Assembly: GCA_964016885.1 (NCBI GenBank)
Contig: OZ024743.1
Span: forward strand, 100,440,001 to 100,504,000
DNA from: Eledone cirrhosa
Lineage: Eukaryota
Length of the DNA stretch: 64,000 nucleotides
Reading direction: 5' to 3'
A model generated the notes under the pieces. The model did no database searches and was not told the DNA's origin. It saw only the letters and a list, made by a program, of their open reading frames with translations. The translations under genes were made by a program, and so were the position numbers. This document shows, piece by piece, positions 27,593 to 39,910 of this stretch (the stretch's first letter is position 1; every line of letters starts with the position of its first letter).

Positions 27593-27725
27593 CTTCAAGT
27601 GGCGTAGAGAGATGCCTAGAACCATTTTGATCAGCCTGATGGCCTTTATAGGAATAAGAAGCAGCAAAGACACCAACAAACCAATTAACAGACAACTGAT
27701 TCCAATTATGCCATCAATCTTCTGA
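27593..27725 (+). CDS. Novel Arg/Ser-rich protein, last coding exon
   Basis: tttctttattcatag acceptor, phase 2 fits; FKWRREMPRTILISLMAFIGIRSSKDTNKPINRQLIPIMPSIF*; AATAAA candidates near 28530-28556. Confidence 0.6.
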
Positions 27726-27973
27726 AAGATGTATTGGTTTACAAATCACCTGAATTGAAGAATACTGAGACCAACTGACTTTGGCACCAAATGAAATTGA
27801 AATTTTACTTGATAATCTACCACCTTAGATGAGCTGCTTTTCGCAATCAAATATCTAAAACTGGCTATCTTTATTCTTTAATCAATGCTTTAAACTACTT
27901 TGTAGTGTTAACATCTGACAATGGTATGACACCTATATATCTAGAGAGGGACTCTTGGAGCAGGACTACATAG

Positions 27974-28004
<31 letters not shown>

Positions 28005-28789
28005 CACACATTTATTTAAGTGCAACTAAATATTCACACACACACACACACACTACATATTCACATGCATGAAAAATATATATGCATACATTCAATCATG
28101 TATATATGCATACATATACATGTGCATACATAATACATACACACATACAAAAATATAAGCATAGGTCATTCATTTTTCATATATATATAAATATAATCAC
28201 ATATATACATATATGTATGCACACACATACACTCATACATATACATCTTCACATGTGTATATATATGTACCCACAAAATAACATATATACATATAGAGTA
28301 TAAACATCATTCACATACATAGTAATTAGAAAAACAAAGTACACCTACACACATAAACACACATACACACACACACATACACACATACACACACACACAT
28401 ACTTTGTTTCCAAGATGTTAAAGAATACATTCCAATAACATTATATTTTCAACATTTTCTTGTTGCTGCATTGTTGTAAGAATTTGTGACTGAGAAAAAA
28501 AAAAGATATATATACATATATATAAAGAAAATAAAAGTATTATTTGAATAAATAAAATCTTTTGTGTCTTATTTAATAAGAAATGTTATATAAAAATATA
28601 TCCGAATGTTGTTGTTATTTAGCTCCAGGTTGGTCCTGATTGAGCATTCCACTCATGACCACGCTATAGGATATCATTTGAGGAAGGTTTGGCTACTATT
28701 TCTAGGAAGTCAAGCAACCACATAAAACAGGAGTAATAAATCCATTTATTTATCTGCAAATTTTACATGCATTCAAATTTGGAGAGAGC

Positions 28790-29130
28790 ATCATCATCAC
28801 TGTTTTACTTCCATTTTTCCATGCTAGCATGGGTTAGACGAGTTGTCCTGTTGTGCTGTCAACTGACCATGTCTTGTTCATACAGAACTGATTTGGGCCT
28901 GGTTTCTACAGCTGGATGTCCTTCTTAACACCAACCACATTTACAGTGTGGACTGGGCGCTTTTTGTTGTGATACCTACACGACCACTTTACAGTGTGGA
29001 CTGGGTGCTTTTTGTCGTGACACTTATATGACCAATTTACAGTGTGGACTGGGTGCTTTTTGTCGTGACACTTACATGACCAATTTACAGTGTGGGCTGG
29101 ACATTTTTTACAGTGTCACCATCACGACCA
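28790..29130 (-). mobile_element. SINE family B (V-domain-like, RTE tail) with internal tandem repeats
   Basis: TTTCTACAGCTGGATG.CCTTC.TAACACCAACC motif and (CAT)n tail, as in 53462 and 59515 copies. Confidence 0.7.
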
Positions 29131-29149
29131 CTGTACAGAGCAATACAAA

Positions 29150-29470
29150 CCATATACAGGGATGCTGATAGTAGTGAGAACAGGCAAGGAATTTAATGAA
29201 GAATTCAGTGTGCTGGTCACTATTCATCAAGGCTTAATACTTAGCACACTCCTGCTTATTATACTTCATGCCATACCAGAGGAATTTAAGGTCAACTGTC
29301 TATGGGAACTCCTATATGCTTATGACCTAGTACTTATTACTGAATTTTTGGAAGATTTAGAAAACGAATTTCAGACATAGAAACAAAACTTAGAATCAAA
29401 GGTCTTCAGAGTGAACTTAGCAAAGACTAAAGAATTAGTAAGTAGGAAATAAGACAGGACAATGTGCCAG
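29150..29470 (+). mobile_element. RTE LINE RT fragment
   Basis: HQGLILSTLL...WELLYAYDLVL..E..LESKGLRVNLAKTK. Confidence 0.75.
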
Positions 29471-29589
29471 CAGTGACAGCACTGTGGTCAATATATAGAA
29501 GACAGTGATATGGCTGTGGTCAATATGTAGAAGACAGGACCATGTTGCCAGCAGTGACAGCGCTGTGGTCAATATATAGAAGACAGGAC

Positions 29590-31025
29590 GTTCTCAAACA
29601 AAAGGATGTCCCACCTGAAGACAAAGCTTTCCTTGAAACACAACAGGAAAATCAGATGTCTTCATTCCTGGCTGGTGTTGACATGTGAGAGCCAGCAGAA
29701 GGAAAAGAAGATTGATATGAAAGAAAGAGAAAATAGGATAAAGTCAAGATGTCCGAGAAAGTAACTCTCGAAAGTTTGTCATCCATCTTAGCTATTGGTG
29801 ATGTTGATGATGAAATCTTCAAGTCACCACTGCCCCCCAAATCACCACGAATAAAGCCGACTCTCGATGCCACTCTTGTTGCCTTGTGGGAACGTAAGAA
29901 ACTATCGGTATGACAAGCAAGTACTTCTTACATTACAATTGTGAAAATCTTGGTCATGATGTGTCTGAATTCTCGGTTTCCCCCTCAACTGTTTATCAAG
30001 CAAGAACCAGTCATGGTGAGAAGATGGCTCAGGAAATCGAGTTGTCCACTTTCCCACATAAAGACAGATCCTGGCTAGTCCTTCACTGGGATGTGGGATT
30101 ATTATCATCAGCTTCCCAATCCAGCAGACTCGAAGATTGGATTGCAGTGTTCTGATCGCAAGAGAGGAAACTGGACAACAAATCACTGAAGTTGATTTGA
30201 GGGGAATTCAACAATTGAAAATTGAGGATAGAATAATTGGTATGTCCTTCAACACTACTGCCAGTAACACCAGCATGTACCAAGGGGCTAATACAAAAAT
30301 TGAAGCAGCTCTAAAAAAATCCCTTTTGTGGTTGGCTTGCCGCCATCATCTTCTTGAACTGGTTTTGAAGAAAGACTTTCAGATCTTTTTCTCATCTGGT
30401 CCTGGTATCTCAATGTTCAAATAATTCCAGAAATGTTGTGACTACATCGATAAGTTCTATTATAATAATGAAATTATTGTGTACAGTGCTCAGGTGCACT
30501 ACAACTCATCTAAGGTGCATGTATAGTACATAGAATAATGAACAAATGTCAGGAAAATGAACAGTGTATGAGTCATGAAATACATGTGTGTGTGTGTGTA
30601 TGGAGAGGGGACATCAGGTGTAGTGTTGGCGAATCTCAGTAAGCATGGATGTTTTAAAGGATGCAGTGTATCGACAGATAATAACTGATGCAGGTAGTTT
30701 GTTCCATTCTTCAGCAACTCTGAGTGTGAAAAAATATTTCCGAAAGTCATGGGAACTGTGCTGTTTTCTGACTTTGTATCAAACTATCCTGGATGATGAG
30801 CCCATGGTAGATTTTTACAAGCAACAGAGGGAGGAGATGGTTGAATATCTACTGACTGTACTGCTTTCTAGAGATCATCCCCGAGAAGACTATGCCGAGT
30901 TTATAAAGCTCTCCCTTCTCTGTCTTGGTGGTTGGCTATCTTCCCAGTTCTCCTTCTCGGTCTCAGGGGATTACCACCAGACTCGTTGGATAGCTGAGGC
31001 CATATGTGATCAAGATAGAACAACT
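29590..31025 (+). mobile_element. Degenerate hAT-superfamily (hATm-like) transposase, interrupted by CR1
   Basis: MSFNTTASNT..GA...IE..L...LLWLACRHHLLELVLK, PREDYAEFIKL, YHQTRWIAEAI motifs with stops and frameshifts. Confidence 0.65.
30455..30777 (-). mobile_element. CR1/L2-type LINE 3' end
   Basis: FFTLRVAEEWNKLPASV motif, (ATT)n tail; sister copies at 39445-39733 and 63265-63494. Confidence 0.8.
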
Positions 31026-31233
31026 TAAGTTTAGACTTTGTGAGTCGAGAGATCTAGAAACATTGTTTCAGGTTAGAAATTTCATTCATAAAAAGTGTTT
31101 CTTTCATTAACCCGAATATTATTGTGTATTTAGGTCTTCTTTCTGCTTATTTTCATTTCATTTGTCTGCTTACTATCATTTCAACAAGTCCCCCAGAAGA
31201 CAAAGGGAGCTGCTTCTGGTAATAAATTTCATC

Positions 31234-31568
31234 TATAGCGAGGCACTGGGTTGTATGAATGTAACAAGGAGACATGGTTTGTGTGTATAATATTTAATCA
31301 ACAATTTAACAGTATAGTTGACATGTCAATGAATAAACGAAAGAATGAAGCAAAGTTAGTAGTTACCGTTTTGATTGCCAGGCAAACGCAGGCTGGCAGA
31401 AGACGCCTGGCGAAGGCCAGGCGCCGGAAGGGCAAATGAGAGGGAGAGAGCCGAAAGCTATTCGTTTTATAGGGCTCTGCCGGAAGTTACAGAAAGGGTT
31501 CTACTTCCCGTCTAGATGTTGTTAATCTATTGGGGTTGTGAGTCACAACAAGGGAGGCTACTGCTACA
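31234..31568 (-). mobile_element. Solo LTR
   Basis: Minus strand TGTAGC...GCTATA (decayed CA end); 4-bp TSD CATC (31230-33, 31569-72); CTATAAAA and ATTAAA inside. Confidence 0.7.
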
Positions 31569-31829
31569 CATCCATAAAAAGTGTTTCTCTATTTAACTCC
31601 AATATTATTGAGTGTTTAAAACATATTCCTCCTCCTTATTTTCATTTCATTTCCTTCTGTCATAGTTTCTTCATTGGATTCAGTAAAGTGAACAGAAGGA
31701 CAATATACCACAGGCCAGGTCCAAAAGAATCATCAGAAATAAAAAGATGTGAAAGTATGCAACCCCTGAATATTATTCCATTGACCTATAATTCAACATA
31801 CTTCATTATTTTATCAACTCGAACACAGG

Positions 31830-32430
31830 CATAATCAACATGAAATGATTGGTGAATAGTTTACAAAATAGAACACCCTAGTGAACACATCGTAAACTAC
31901 AGGTGCACAAGATATGTAGTAGAATCATAGACAGATTAAGAGACAAAATAGATTTTGGATATGGCAGATGCACAGGGGTTGTTAACACTAACAGCACAAG
32001 TGAAATAAACTATTTCCAATCCAAAGAAAGCTCCACAGAATTAGTTGATAGCTTCTATTACCTAGGTGACGCAATTGTGCTCTGAAATGATAGTAGCCAG
32101 AATAAGAACTGGGTAGGAAAAGTTCAAAGAACTATTACCTCTGTTGGCAATTAAGGGATTCTCTTTCTAAGCAAAGGATAGATTATATGATTCCTGTATA
32201 TAAAGTAAAATGTTGTATGGTAGTAAGATATAAACATTGAATGTAGAGAATATGTGAAGGCTAGAAAGAAGCACAGAAGAGCTAAGAGAAAAACTGAGTA
32301 TAGATGATGAACAGGAGAAAAGACTGCACTGGTACAGACATGTTATATGTATGGGTGATGATATCAGATGTATGGTTGATATATTAGATGAAAAGCGGGT
32401 ATATGATGATGATGATGTTGATGACATTTA
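31830..32430 (+). mobile_element. Degenerate RTE LINE fragment
   Basis: ELVDSFYYLGD, KGRLYDSC-like and RLHWY.HV motifs; (GAT)n tail. Confidence 0.65.
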
Positions 32431-32982
32431 TACATATATATAGGGTTTACCCCTTAAATTCGTCATCAACATCAATATCCAATTTGTCAACTTCAATTTT
32501 GTAGTCAATTTTTATTATGAAGAGTGAAGGATGGACATCAGTAATTACTTGCCACAGAATTGTAAGAATGTAAACATTTTAAAGTTTTGCAAACGTTTAA
32601 AAAAATCATTACACCCAACATTACCATAATTATACAAACCTTTAAAACTATATACTACACTATATACAATATAACAAAGACAAAAGCAAACATCAGTTTA
32701 ACCTTTTATTCATTATTCACATTTCTTAACATTCTGTCAGGTATTAATCAAATTATTTAATGTAAATAATTTGACTGATTGTGTTAGTTTTTTTAGGAAT
32801 ATGTTAAGAAAATTTAGAAATGTGTAGCAGTAATGGTGGTGCTCCAGCATGACTACAGCCCATGGGCTAGAACAGGTAAAAGAGTATATATATATATCAT
32901 CATCATCATTACCATTTAACATATATTTTTCCATGCATATATATATTTAACTTATTTCCTTATACAAAACAATGAAATTCAA

Positions 32983-33341
32983 TCATTTAGTTGATCTACG
33001 TTTAGATACTTTAAATTTTCGGGGAAGATAGTCTTCATCTTTAGATGGTTCATGTGCCAGATACGGTCGCAAAGGATAATCTGGTTGCTTTGGTTGATTA
33101 ATAAAGAACTTAATCAGCTGCTTTAAAACATTGTCATTGAAGTTGTGGATTTGACCATCCTTAATTTCATACAGATTCTCTTCTTCAGTGTGCCAACAGA
33201 TGTTCTTCAGTTTGTTGCCATCATCATCCTTCCATAGCTCCAATGTGTTAAGTTGATAAGCAAAGAAAGAGAACTTCTGACCATCAGTGATCACTGTTTG
33301 GGTGGTGAGAGGATAAGTTAGCTCTACAAATGAGCTAAAAC
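32983..33341 (-). CDS. MRPS30: Mitochondrial ribosomal protein S30 (mL65), exon 4
   Basis: GFSSFVELTYPLTTQTVITDGQKFSFFAYQLNTL..NICW...LYE...FNDNVLKQLIKF matches the PDCD9/MRPS30 C-terminus; ttgttgtag acceptor, phase 1, TGA. Confidence 0.93.
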
Positions 33342-33603
33342 CTACAACAAACGGGAGAAATACAGCATTAGAACAGACAGAATGTAAGACAAAGCTTCAC
33401 AATATTTTTCTTTTTACAGTTTTCAGTGATTGGATGGCATCCATTGAAATACTGCCTTTCAGAGGTTTTTCTCATATTTATCCATCTGTAGATAAATCAA
33501 CCTGAACATAAAGAAACAACCTTTCACCACACTGTATTTTTGTTTGATGCTCCAAATCTCCCATCCTTCATATATTTTTCTCTCTCTCATATATATATAT
33601 ATA

Positions 33604-33862
33604 TAGTTATGTAATAAACAACATAAGACAATTATTCCATTTACTAAAGGTTTCACAAAGACAGACAAACTTGACACAGACGTCTGAAATCACTCATCAG
33701 AATGAAATTTTATTTGAAGTGGATAAAAGATATGGATTTAAAAACAAAGGCTATCTTTTATCCACTTCAAATAAAATTTCATTCTGATGAGCGATTTCAG
33801 ACGTGTGTCAAGTTCGTCTGTCTTCGTGAAACCTTTGGTTTATGTTGTTTATTACATAACTA
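33604..33862. ncRNA. Fold-back element with two mirror-image type I hammerheads (complete layout on -, 33635-33707; + copy 33784-33839 lacks helix I 3' strand)
   Basis: CTGATGA-helix II (cagacg/cgtctg)-GAAA-CC TTT (G/A)GTA-AATGGAA pairing with TTTCATT; arms 33604-33732 / 33752-33862. Confidence 0.7.
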
Positions 33863-33925
33863 AATAGCTCTGTAGCTTACATAGAGCACTCTCTTTTCCT
33901 CTACCTGTCCTACAGAAACACTTAA

Positions 33926-33984
<59 letters not shown>

Positions 33985-34716
33985 TACATATATATACACA
34001 TATATAAATTATGATGGAGGATTTTTAGATAAATATAAATACTTTAAAACAGTTTTGTATGATAGAAACAGAGGCAGCTTCAGGCAGTATCAAAAGGTTT
34101 AAAGATTATCTGGCCTGGCCTGGTCTCTAACCTTCATTGCTGAAGGTTAGAGACCAATGTTAATCTATATGACACTATGTCCATAATTCTCAGTGGGTTC
34201 TGAATCCTCAGCTGACCATTACTCAAAATCTGGCTACCAAGCTGCAGCTAATCTACCTTCACCATAACAACTAAGGCATTGGCCACTTGAAATGTTTTCA
34301 CCAAGGTGAATAAGGAGTTCCATTTACCCCAAGTTTTGAAATCAGACTGATCTTTCTCCTATACAGACTGCCAACCAAGGCTAACAAGCTTTGTTTACTT
34401 TTTTCTTTCCTTTTCGGGTGATGGCTGCTCACTCTCCTGATTTCCTCCACCTTTTGTCAAGTTTTGTTTCTCGTCCTGCAGAGTGTCTAAAAATCACCTT
34501 CCTCACCAAGCTTGGCAGGGTTGCCAGTTTAGTCGCTAGTGACCCAACCATGTAACATGTTGTACTGGGCTACATGTTACCAGTAGTACTCACGAGCAAC
34601 CTGACATAATAAAAGCTATCACATTTCCCAAAAAGTGAATTGTCTTTCCTCAGTTGAACACTACAGAACTTAACAACCAGCCAAACCCATATGGTAAACA
34701 GATGTTTAATGATAAT

Positions 34717-34900
34717 TGTTTCTACTTTAGGCACAAGGCCAGCAATTACCAGTGCATTACTGGTACTTTATTTTATCGACCCCGTAAGGATGAAAGGCAA
34801 AGTCAACCTTGGCGGGATTTGAACTCAGATGGTAAAGGGACGTAACTATGCTGGAAAGCATGGAGTCCGACCCTCTACCGATACTGCCAATCCACCGCCC
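34717..34900 (-). mobile_element. Young full-length tRNA-SINE family A
   Basis: A-box TGGCAGTATCGG, B-box GAGTTCAAATCCC; 16-bp TSD gatgtttaatgataat. Confidence 0.9.
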
Positions 34901-35835
34901 GATGTTTAATGATAATGACTTTCTCAAAGCACAGGTGTCAAAAAAGGCTGTGCTTTGAGAAAGTCATTATCATTAAACATCTGTTTACCATATGAATTTG
35001 GCTGGTTGTCATGTTCCAAGATGGGTTGGAGAGACATGGCTTGCTCATACATTCCAAATTTTTTCTTCAGTTGGATGCCCTTCCTTACGTCAACCACTTT
35101 ACAGAGAGGACTGGGTGTATTTTATTCCAGCACTGGAGAGGTTGATTAGTCCACTGCAAGGCTATGAAGGACTTTTCTACTACATGCAGTCTCCATTCTC
35201 TCACCACAACTAACTTTGAACATCACAGTGCTTGTACTTGTGGGCAAATCTTATAACATCATATTTTCTCTAGATTGATAACTATCTTAAGTGTTGTTGC
35301 TAACAATAGAGGAGAGAGTTACTAGGAAAATACTCTAAACTGCCAGCTATGGCTCTCACTCTATGATATACTAACATGGAGAAATTGATGTAAAACAGTT
35401 ACTATGCATACTCAAATATAAGCCACCCCCACCACTATTTTATATCTGAGAAATGGGTAAAAGTCCAATCACCATTTATACACTGAAGCAACTAATCAAC
35501 ACATTGTTTAGATGGGGTATATAAGCTGACCCCACTATTTTACCATCGATTTACTGGTCACATATTCCTCAGCTTATATGACAGTATATATACACTATAT
35601 ATATATATATTATATATACTCTATTTACAGCTTATATTCAACTATAGACAGTAACCCCCCCCCCCCCCCCCCTAGTTCATCATTAAATTTCTTTACGGTT
35701 TCATCAGAAGAAAAACAGAACAAAACTTTTTTGTAAAAATAAATATAAAATCATTGACAAAAAAAAATTAAGGAAAGAAAATCATTAACTTTTTGGTTTT
35801 TTCTACTAAAGAAAAGTTGAAGAAACAAAATTTAC

Positions 35836-36003
35836 CTTGGAAATAAGCTTGTGCTACTGTCCAAGTAAAGGATGTGATTAAACCAAGACCTTTCTGGAAC
35901 TCATAAGCAATCTCAGGACCAAATTGTGCTGCTCTTGAATCCAGTTGAGTTGGACAATGAAATGATACTAGGCCAAATTCACATGGATCTCCATAAAAGA
36001 ATC
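35836..36003 (-). CDS. MRPS30: MRPS30 exon 3
   Basis: GFFYGDPCEFGLVSFH...GLITSFTWTVAQAYFQG; cag acceptor, G|gtaaat donor; 168 nt, phase 1-1. Confidence 0.9.
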
Positions 36004-36169
36004 CTGTTTTTTTTTTTAAAAAAAAAAGGCTTATTAATACACAAATAGTGTAAACATTCAAAAGTTCTACACACCAAATTTTATTTATATGTTTAACCAT
36101 TTCATTACCATATTTCTAATGAAATCCACTGGCTATGATTTTCAAATCATTTTGGAAGGTTCTGAGTAT

Positions 36170-37220
36170 GAGATCAATGGACAACTTCTTGCTGACCTAA
36201 TGTCTCTATACTATACCCTAGTATTTGTGTTCAGATAAATGGTGCTATATTGAAACCATTCAATGTGGGAGTCGGATTCTGCCAAGGGTGCAGACTTTTG
36301 CCTCTCCTGTTCATAATCTTTATGAACTGGATTGACATGCACAACAATGTTGGATGTGGTATCAACACTGATGGCTGTAGGATCAGTTGGCTGGAACTTG
36401 CAGATGACATGGTATTCCTTAACTTGCCAGAAGGTGATTTCTGACATGAAACTGATATGGTTGATGCTGAATGTTGCACGCCTGTATTGAAAATCAGAGC
36501 CTCAAAAACTGAGACACTCGCCCTCTCAAGCAAGCCTGTGCAGTACACCCTACATGTGAGTGGAGTTCCACTGAAGTAGGTGAAGTTCAAGTATCTAGGG
36601 ACCATGTACACAAGTGATGGAAGGAGGGGGAGTGGAGTTCCACTGAAGTAGGTGGAGAAGTTCAAGTATCTAGGGACCATGTACACAAGTGATGGAAGGA
36701 GGGGGAGTGGAGTTCCACTGAAGTAGGTGGAGAAGTTCAAGTATCTAGGGACCATGTACACAAGTGATGGAAGGAGGGGAAGTGGAGTTCCACTGAAGTA
36801 GGTGGAGAAGTTCAAGTATCTAGGGACCATGTACACAAGTGATGGAAGGAGGCTGGAGTGCAAGAGTAGCAGGAGCTGGTGCAGTAATGCATCAGCTTCG
36901 GCATTCAGTAATCAGAAGTCACTCCAGGTAGAGCTGTTATTTCTCCGAATTGAGAGATCACAACTCCAACACTATGGCCATGTGGTTAGTATGTCCCAGG
37001 AAAGAATCCTTGGATAGATTTTACGGGCAAAACCAGCCGGCAGGAGACCCAAAGGTAGACTCCGAGCAAGATGGTTGGATAACATCCATGAACTTGGCTG
37101 GTCTCGCTTGGGGATCCAGCCAAATCAATTGGAGATGTTTGCTTCTGACAGGACCTACTGGAAGGAGTGTTTGAGGACTCTTCCCCCATGACCCTCTCAG
37201 GAATAAGTGGGCAAAGAAGA
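36170..37220 (+). mobile_element. RTE LINE fragment with 4x 75-bp internal tandem duplication (36558-36850)
   Basis: GVGFCQGC.L.PLLFIIFM, LADDMV, VEKFKYLG, GRRPKGRLRARWLD. Confidence 0.85.
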
Positions 37221-37560
37221 TCCTAAGGCTGATATGAGTGGATGGTGGTGCATAGTGAAGTGATCCCTGCAGTTAAATATCATTAACAAGGTGACTTGTT
37301 GTTTCACCTCAGTGTTTATCTTGAGGTTTACACATCGTCCAATGACAATCCACTTTGATTGTTATTAAGGAAGATGTGGAAAAAAGTAGTAAGATTAGAT
37401 CCCAGGATACAGTGTGTTACTAATGAGATAATGAAAAACTGCAATAAACACTGTACCACAGACTTGTCCAAATCATGCCAGCATAAAAAATAGACATTAA
37501 AACAGTGATGCATCTGCTGTTGAGGATGATGATTGTAGAAATATAAATTTATTACATTAC

Positions 37561-37672
37561 CTGGTACACAAGTATTCTTTATCTTTATATACTTTTGAGA
37601 TAAATCCACAGGCCAGTAGCAATACTGGGAATATTCACTTTCAGTACACAGAGGGCTGTCACGAGGAACAAA
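37561..37672 (-). CDS. MRPS30: MRPS30 exon 2
   Basis: ttttactttctag acceptor, G|gtaatg donor; FVPRDSPLCTESEYSQYCYWPVDL...VPG; phase 0 to 1 joins exons 1 and 3. Confidence 0.85.
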
Positions 37673-38033
37673 CTAGAAAGTAAAATCAAAACATTGGAGA
37701 CTCATATTAAATAATAGATATTACTTAGATTATACATTATTTATGATAAGATGGATAACTATGAAGATAGGGTACTGGACAACCAGCTGAGAAGTTAGTG
37801 GTTCATATACTGCCATTGGCACTATATACCATTGTATTTCTGAGTAGAACACTTTATTCTACATTAGCTAAATAAATCTAGATGTACCAGACCATCCAGG
37901 AATGTTGATACACTGTTATGCTCTACAGGGGGAAATTATCTCATTTACTTCAGACCATAAAACCAAAGCTAAATATTGCCTCTTAAAAACACCTCAATAT
38001 TTGTATTATGTGTCATTACTTAAGTGTATAAGG

Positions 38034-38250
38034 ACAGTGGATTGGTGGAATCATTAGAATGTTGGACAAAATACTTTGTAGCATTTAGGTATGGCTCTCT
38101 ATGCTTTGAGTTCCAATTCCACCAAGGTCAGCTTTGCCTTTCATCCTTTTAAGGTTAATAAAATAAAGTTCTAGTCAAGTACTGGGGTCAATTTAATCAA
38201 CTTTCCTCTCACCAAAATTACTGTCCTTATGCCTATGATAGAAACAATTA
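38034..38250 (+). mobile_element. Older tRNA-SINE family A copy
   Basis: Diverged head, B-box, gcctttcatcct core and agaaacaattatt tail. Confidence 0.75.
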
Positions 38251-39019
38251 TTCATGTCTATACCATTTGGTTTTGGATATAAGGAGCTTTCAGAATTGTA
38301 CATTAGTAACCACTGCATCCCATCATCTACCTGTACCAAACAAGGTTACCCTTTCAATACCTCATTCTTTGCCCATACCCATTAACGATATTGTGAAAGG
38401 AACTTCATCATAATAGAACACCTGATATTTAGATGGATGGAGAAGATGCTGACGTTGTTTTGGATCAAGTGGTCGAGATTTCTAATTGCTTGTGGGATAT
38501 AGGCTTCAATATTAATAATGTGAAATGCTAATTCTAAATGTTTAACTGTTTACTTTCTGAAAGAAACATGATACATTGATTTCAGTCGTAATTTCTGTCA
38601 ATTTGCTTTCCAAATCTTGTTGACTAGGATCTGAATGGTGACTCCTGACCAGAGATTCTATCACTCCTCTTTTAACACTTTTTTTATATTTCTAACGAAA
38701 GACACCACCTATGATTTTCAAATAATTTTGAATATAATCAAGAATTTGGAAGGATTTAATAATATAATTTTCTCATTATTAAGCACTTACATAAAATTAT
38801 GATGGAAGAATTTTTGATAATAATAAACACTTTAAAATAAACAGACTTGTATCAGAAAACTAAGGACAGGTCAATGTAGTTTGGTATCAAAAGAGTTAAC
38901 TGATAAATAAATTTAAAGTACCTGACAAATGAAATCCCAACAAACGTTGTTCCTCCTTCTCCCAAAGTTGTATTTCTTATTAACATGCTTTTGCTTACAT
39001 GCTGAAGCCACACTAAACT

Positions 39020-39220
39020 ATTTTGACTGCACCATTCAAGATCCCCTATCAGCAATTTGTGACAGAACTTATGGACATATGCTGGTCAGAAGCAAACCTT
39101 CCCATTAATTTTAAGGGCATAGGAATTAGGTCTGCTTCTCACTTTGTTCTACTATGCTCCTTGCCATCCTTATCGGTTCCACTTCTATTTACTCAGATGT
39201 TTTCTTCCTCAGCTAATTTA
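39020..39220 (+). mobile_element. CRE-like non-LTR RT fragment
   Basis: WSEANLPINFKGIGIRSA resembles W.QA.LP...GGLGIRSA. Confidence 0.4.
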
Positions 39221-39444
39221 TAAACAGATATTTAGAGACATGACTTTTCCAAAAGGACTGTAGGTGGGGCTAGGACATTTTAAAGAGTAACCATTCTCTG
39301 GTTCAGTTAGCCGTATGCTGAGAAATATGTGACAAAAAAAAAAAAAAAAAAAAAATCGATCATAAAATGGGAGGTAAACTTATATTGAAGGTCAGTATTT
39401 TGTTGATTTTCACCAACTTCAATATCTACATAAAAAGATGCCAT

Positions 39445-39733
39445 ATTTTCACGCTCAGAGTTGCTGAAGCATGGAACAAACTACCTACACCAGTTGTTAG
39501 CTGTCGAGACACTGCATCCTTTAAAACCTCCATGCTTCCCGAGATTCGCCAACACTACACCTAATATTCTCCCTCCATACACATACACACATGTATATCA
39601 TGACTCATACACTGTTCACTTCCCTGACATTTGTATATTATTCTATGTACTATACATGCACCTTTGACGAGTTGTAGTGCACCTTAACACTTTACACAAT
39701 AATTTCATTATTATTATTATTATTATTATTATA
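39445..39733 (+). mobile_element. CR1/L2-type LINE 3' end
   Basis: FTLRVAEAWNKLPTPVVSCRDTASFKTSML; (ATT)n tail. Confidence 0.85.
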
Positions 39734-39910
39734 TTATCTGGAGTGACAGCTTTACAATGAAACACTGTTTTACTATATTCAGAAGATGGTGCTATTATTT
39801 GCTTAAAAGTGAACAAAAATTTGAAAAACTTGTTGAATCTTTATAAAACAGATGAAATGGTAAAAAATGATTATGTGATGGAGTTGTGAAACAAAAACTA
39901 TACTCTAAAC

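Noticed and set aside
36231-36863. 210-aa ORF with 25-aa repeats
   Set aside because: Antisense of a 75-bp tandem duplication inside a dead RTE fragment.
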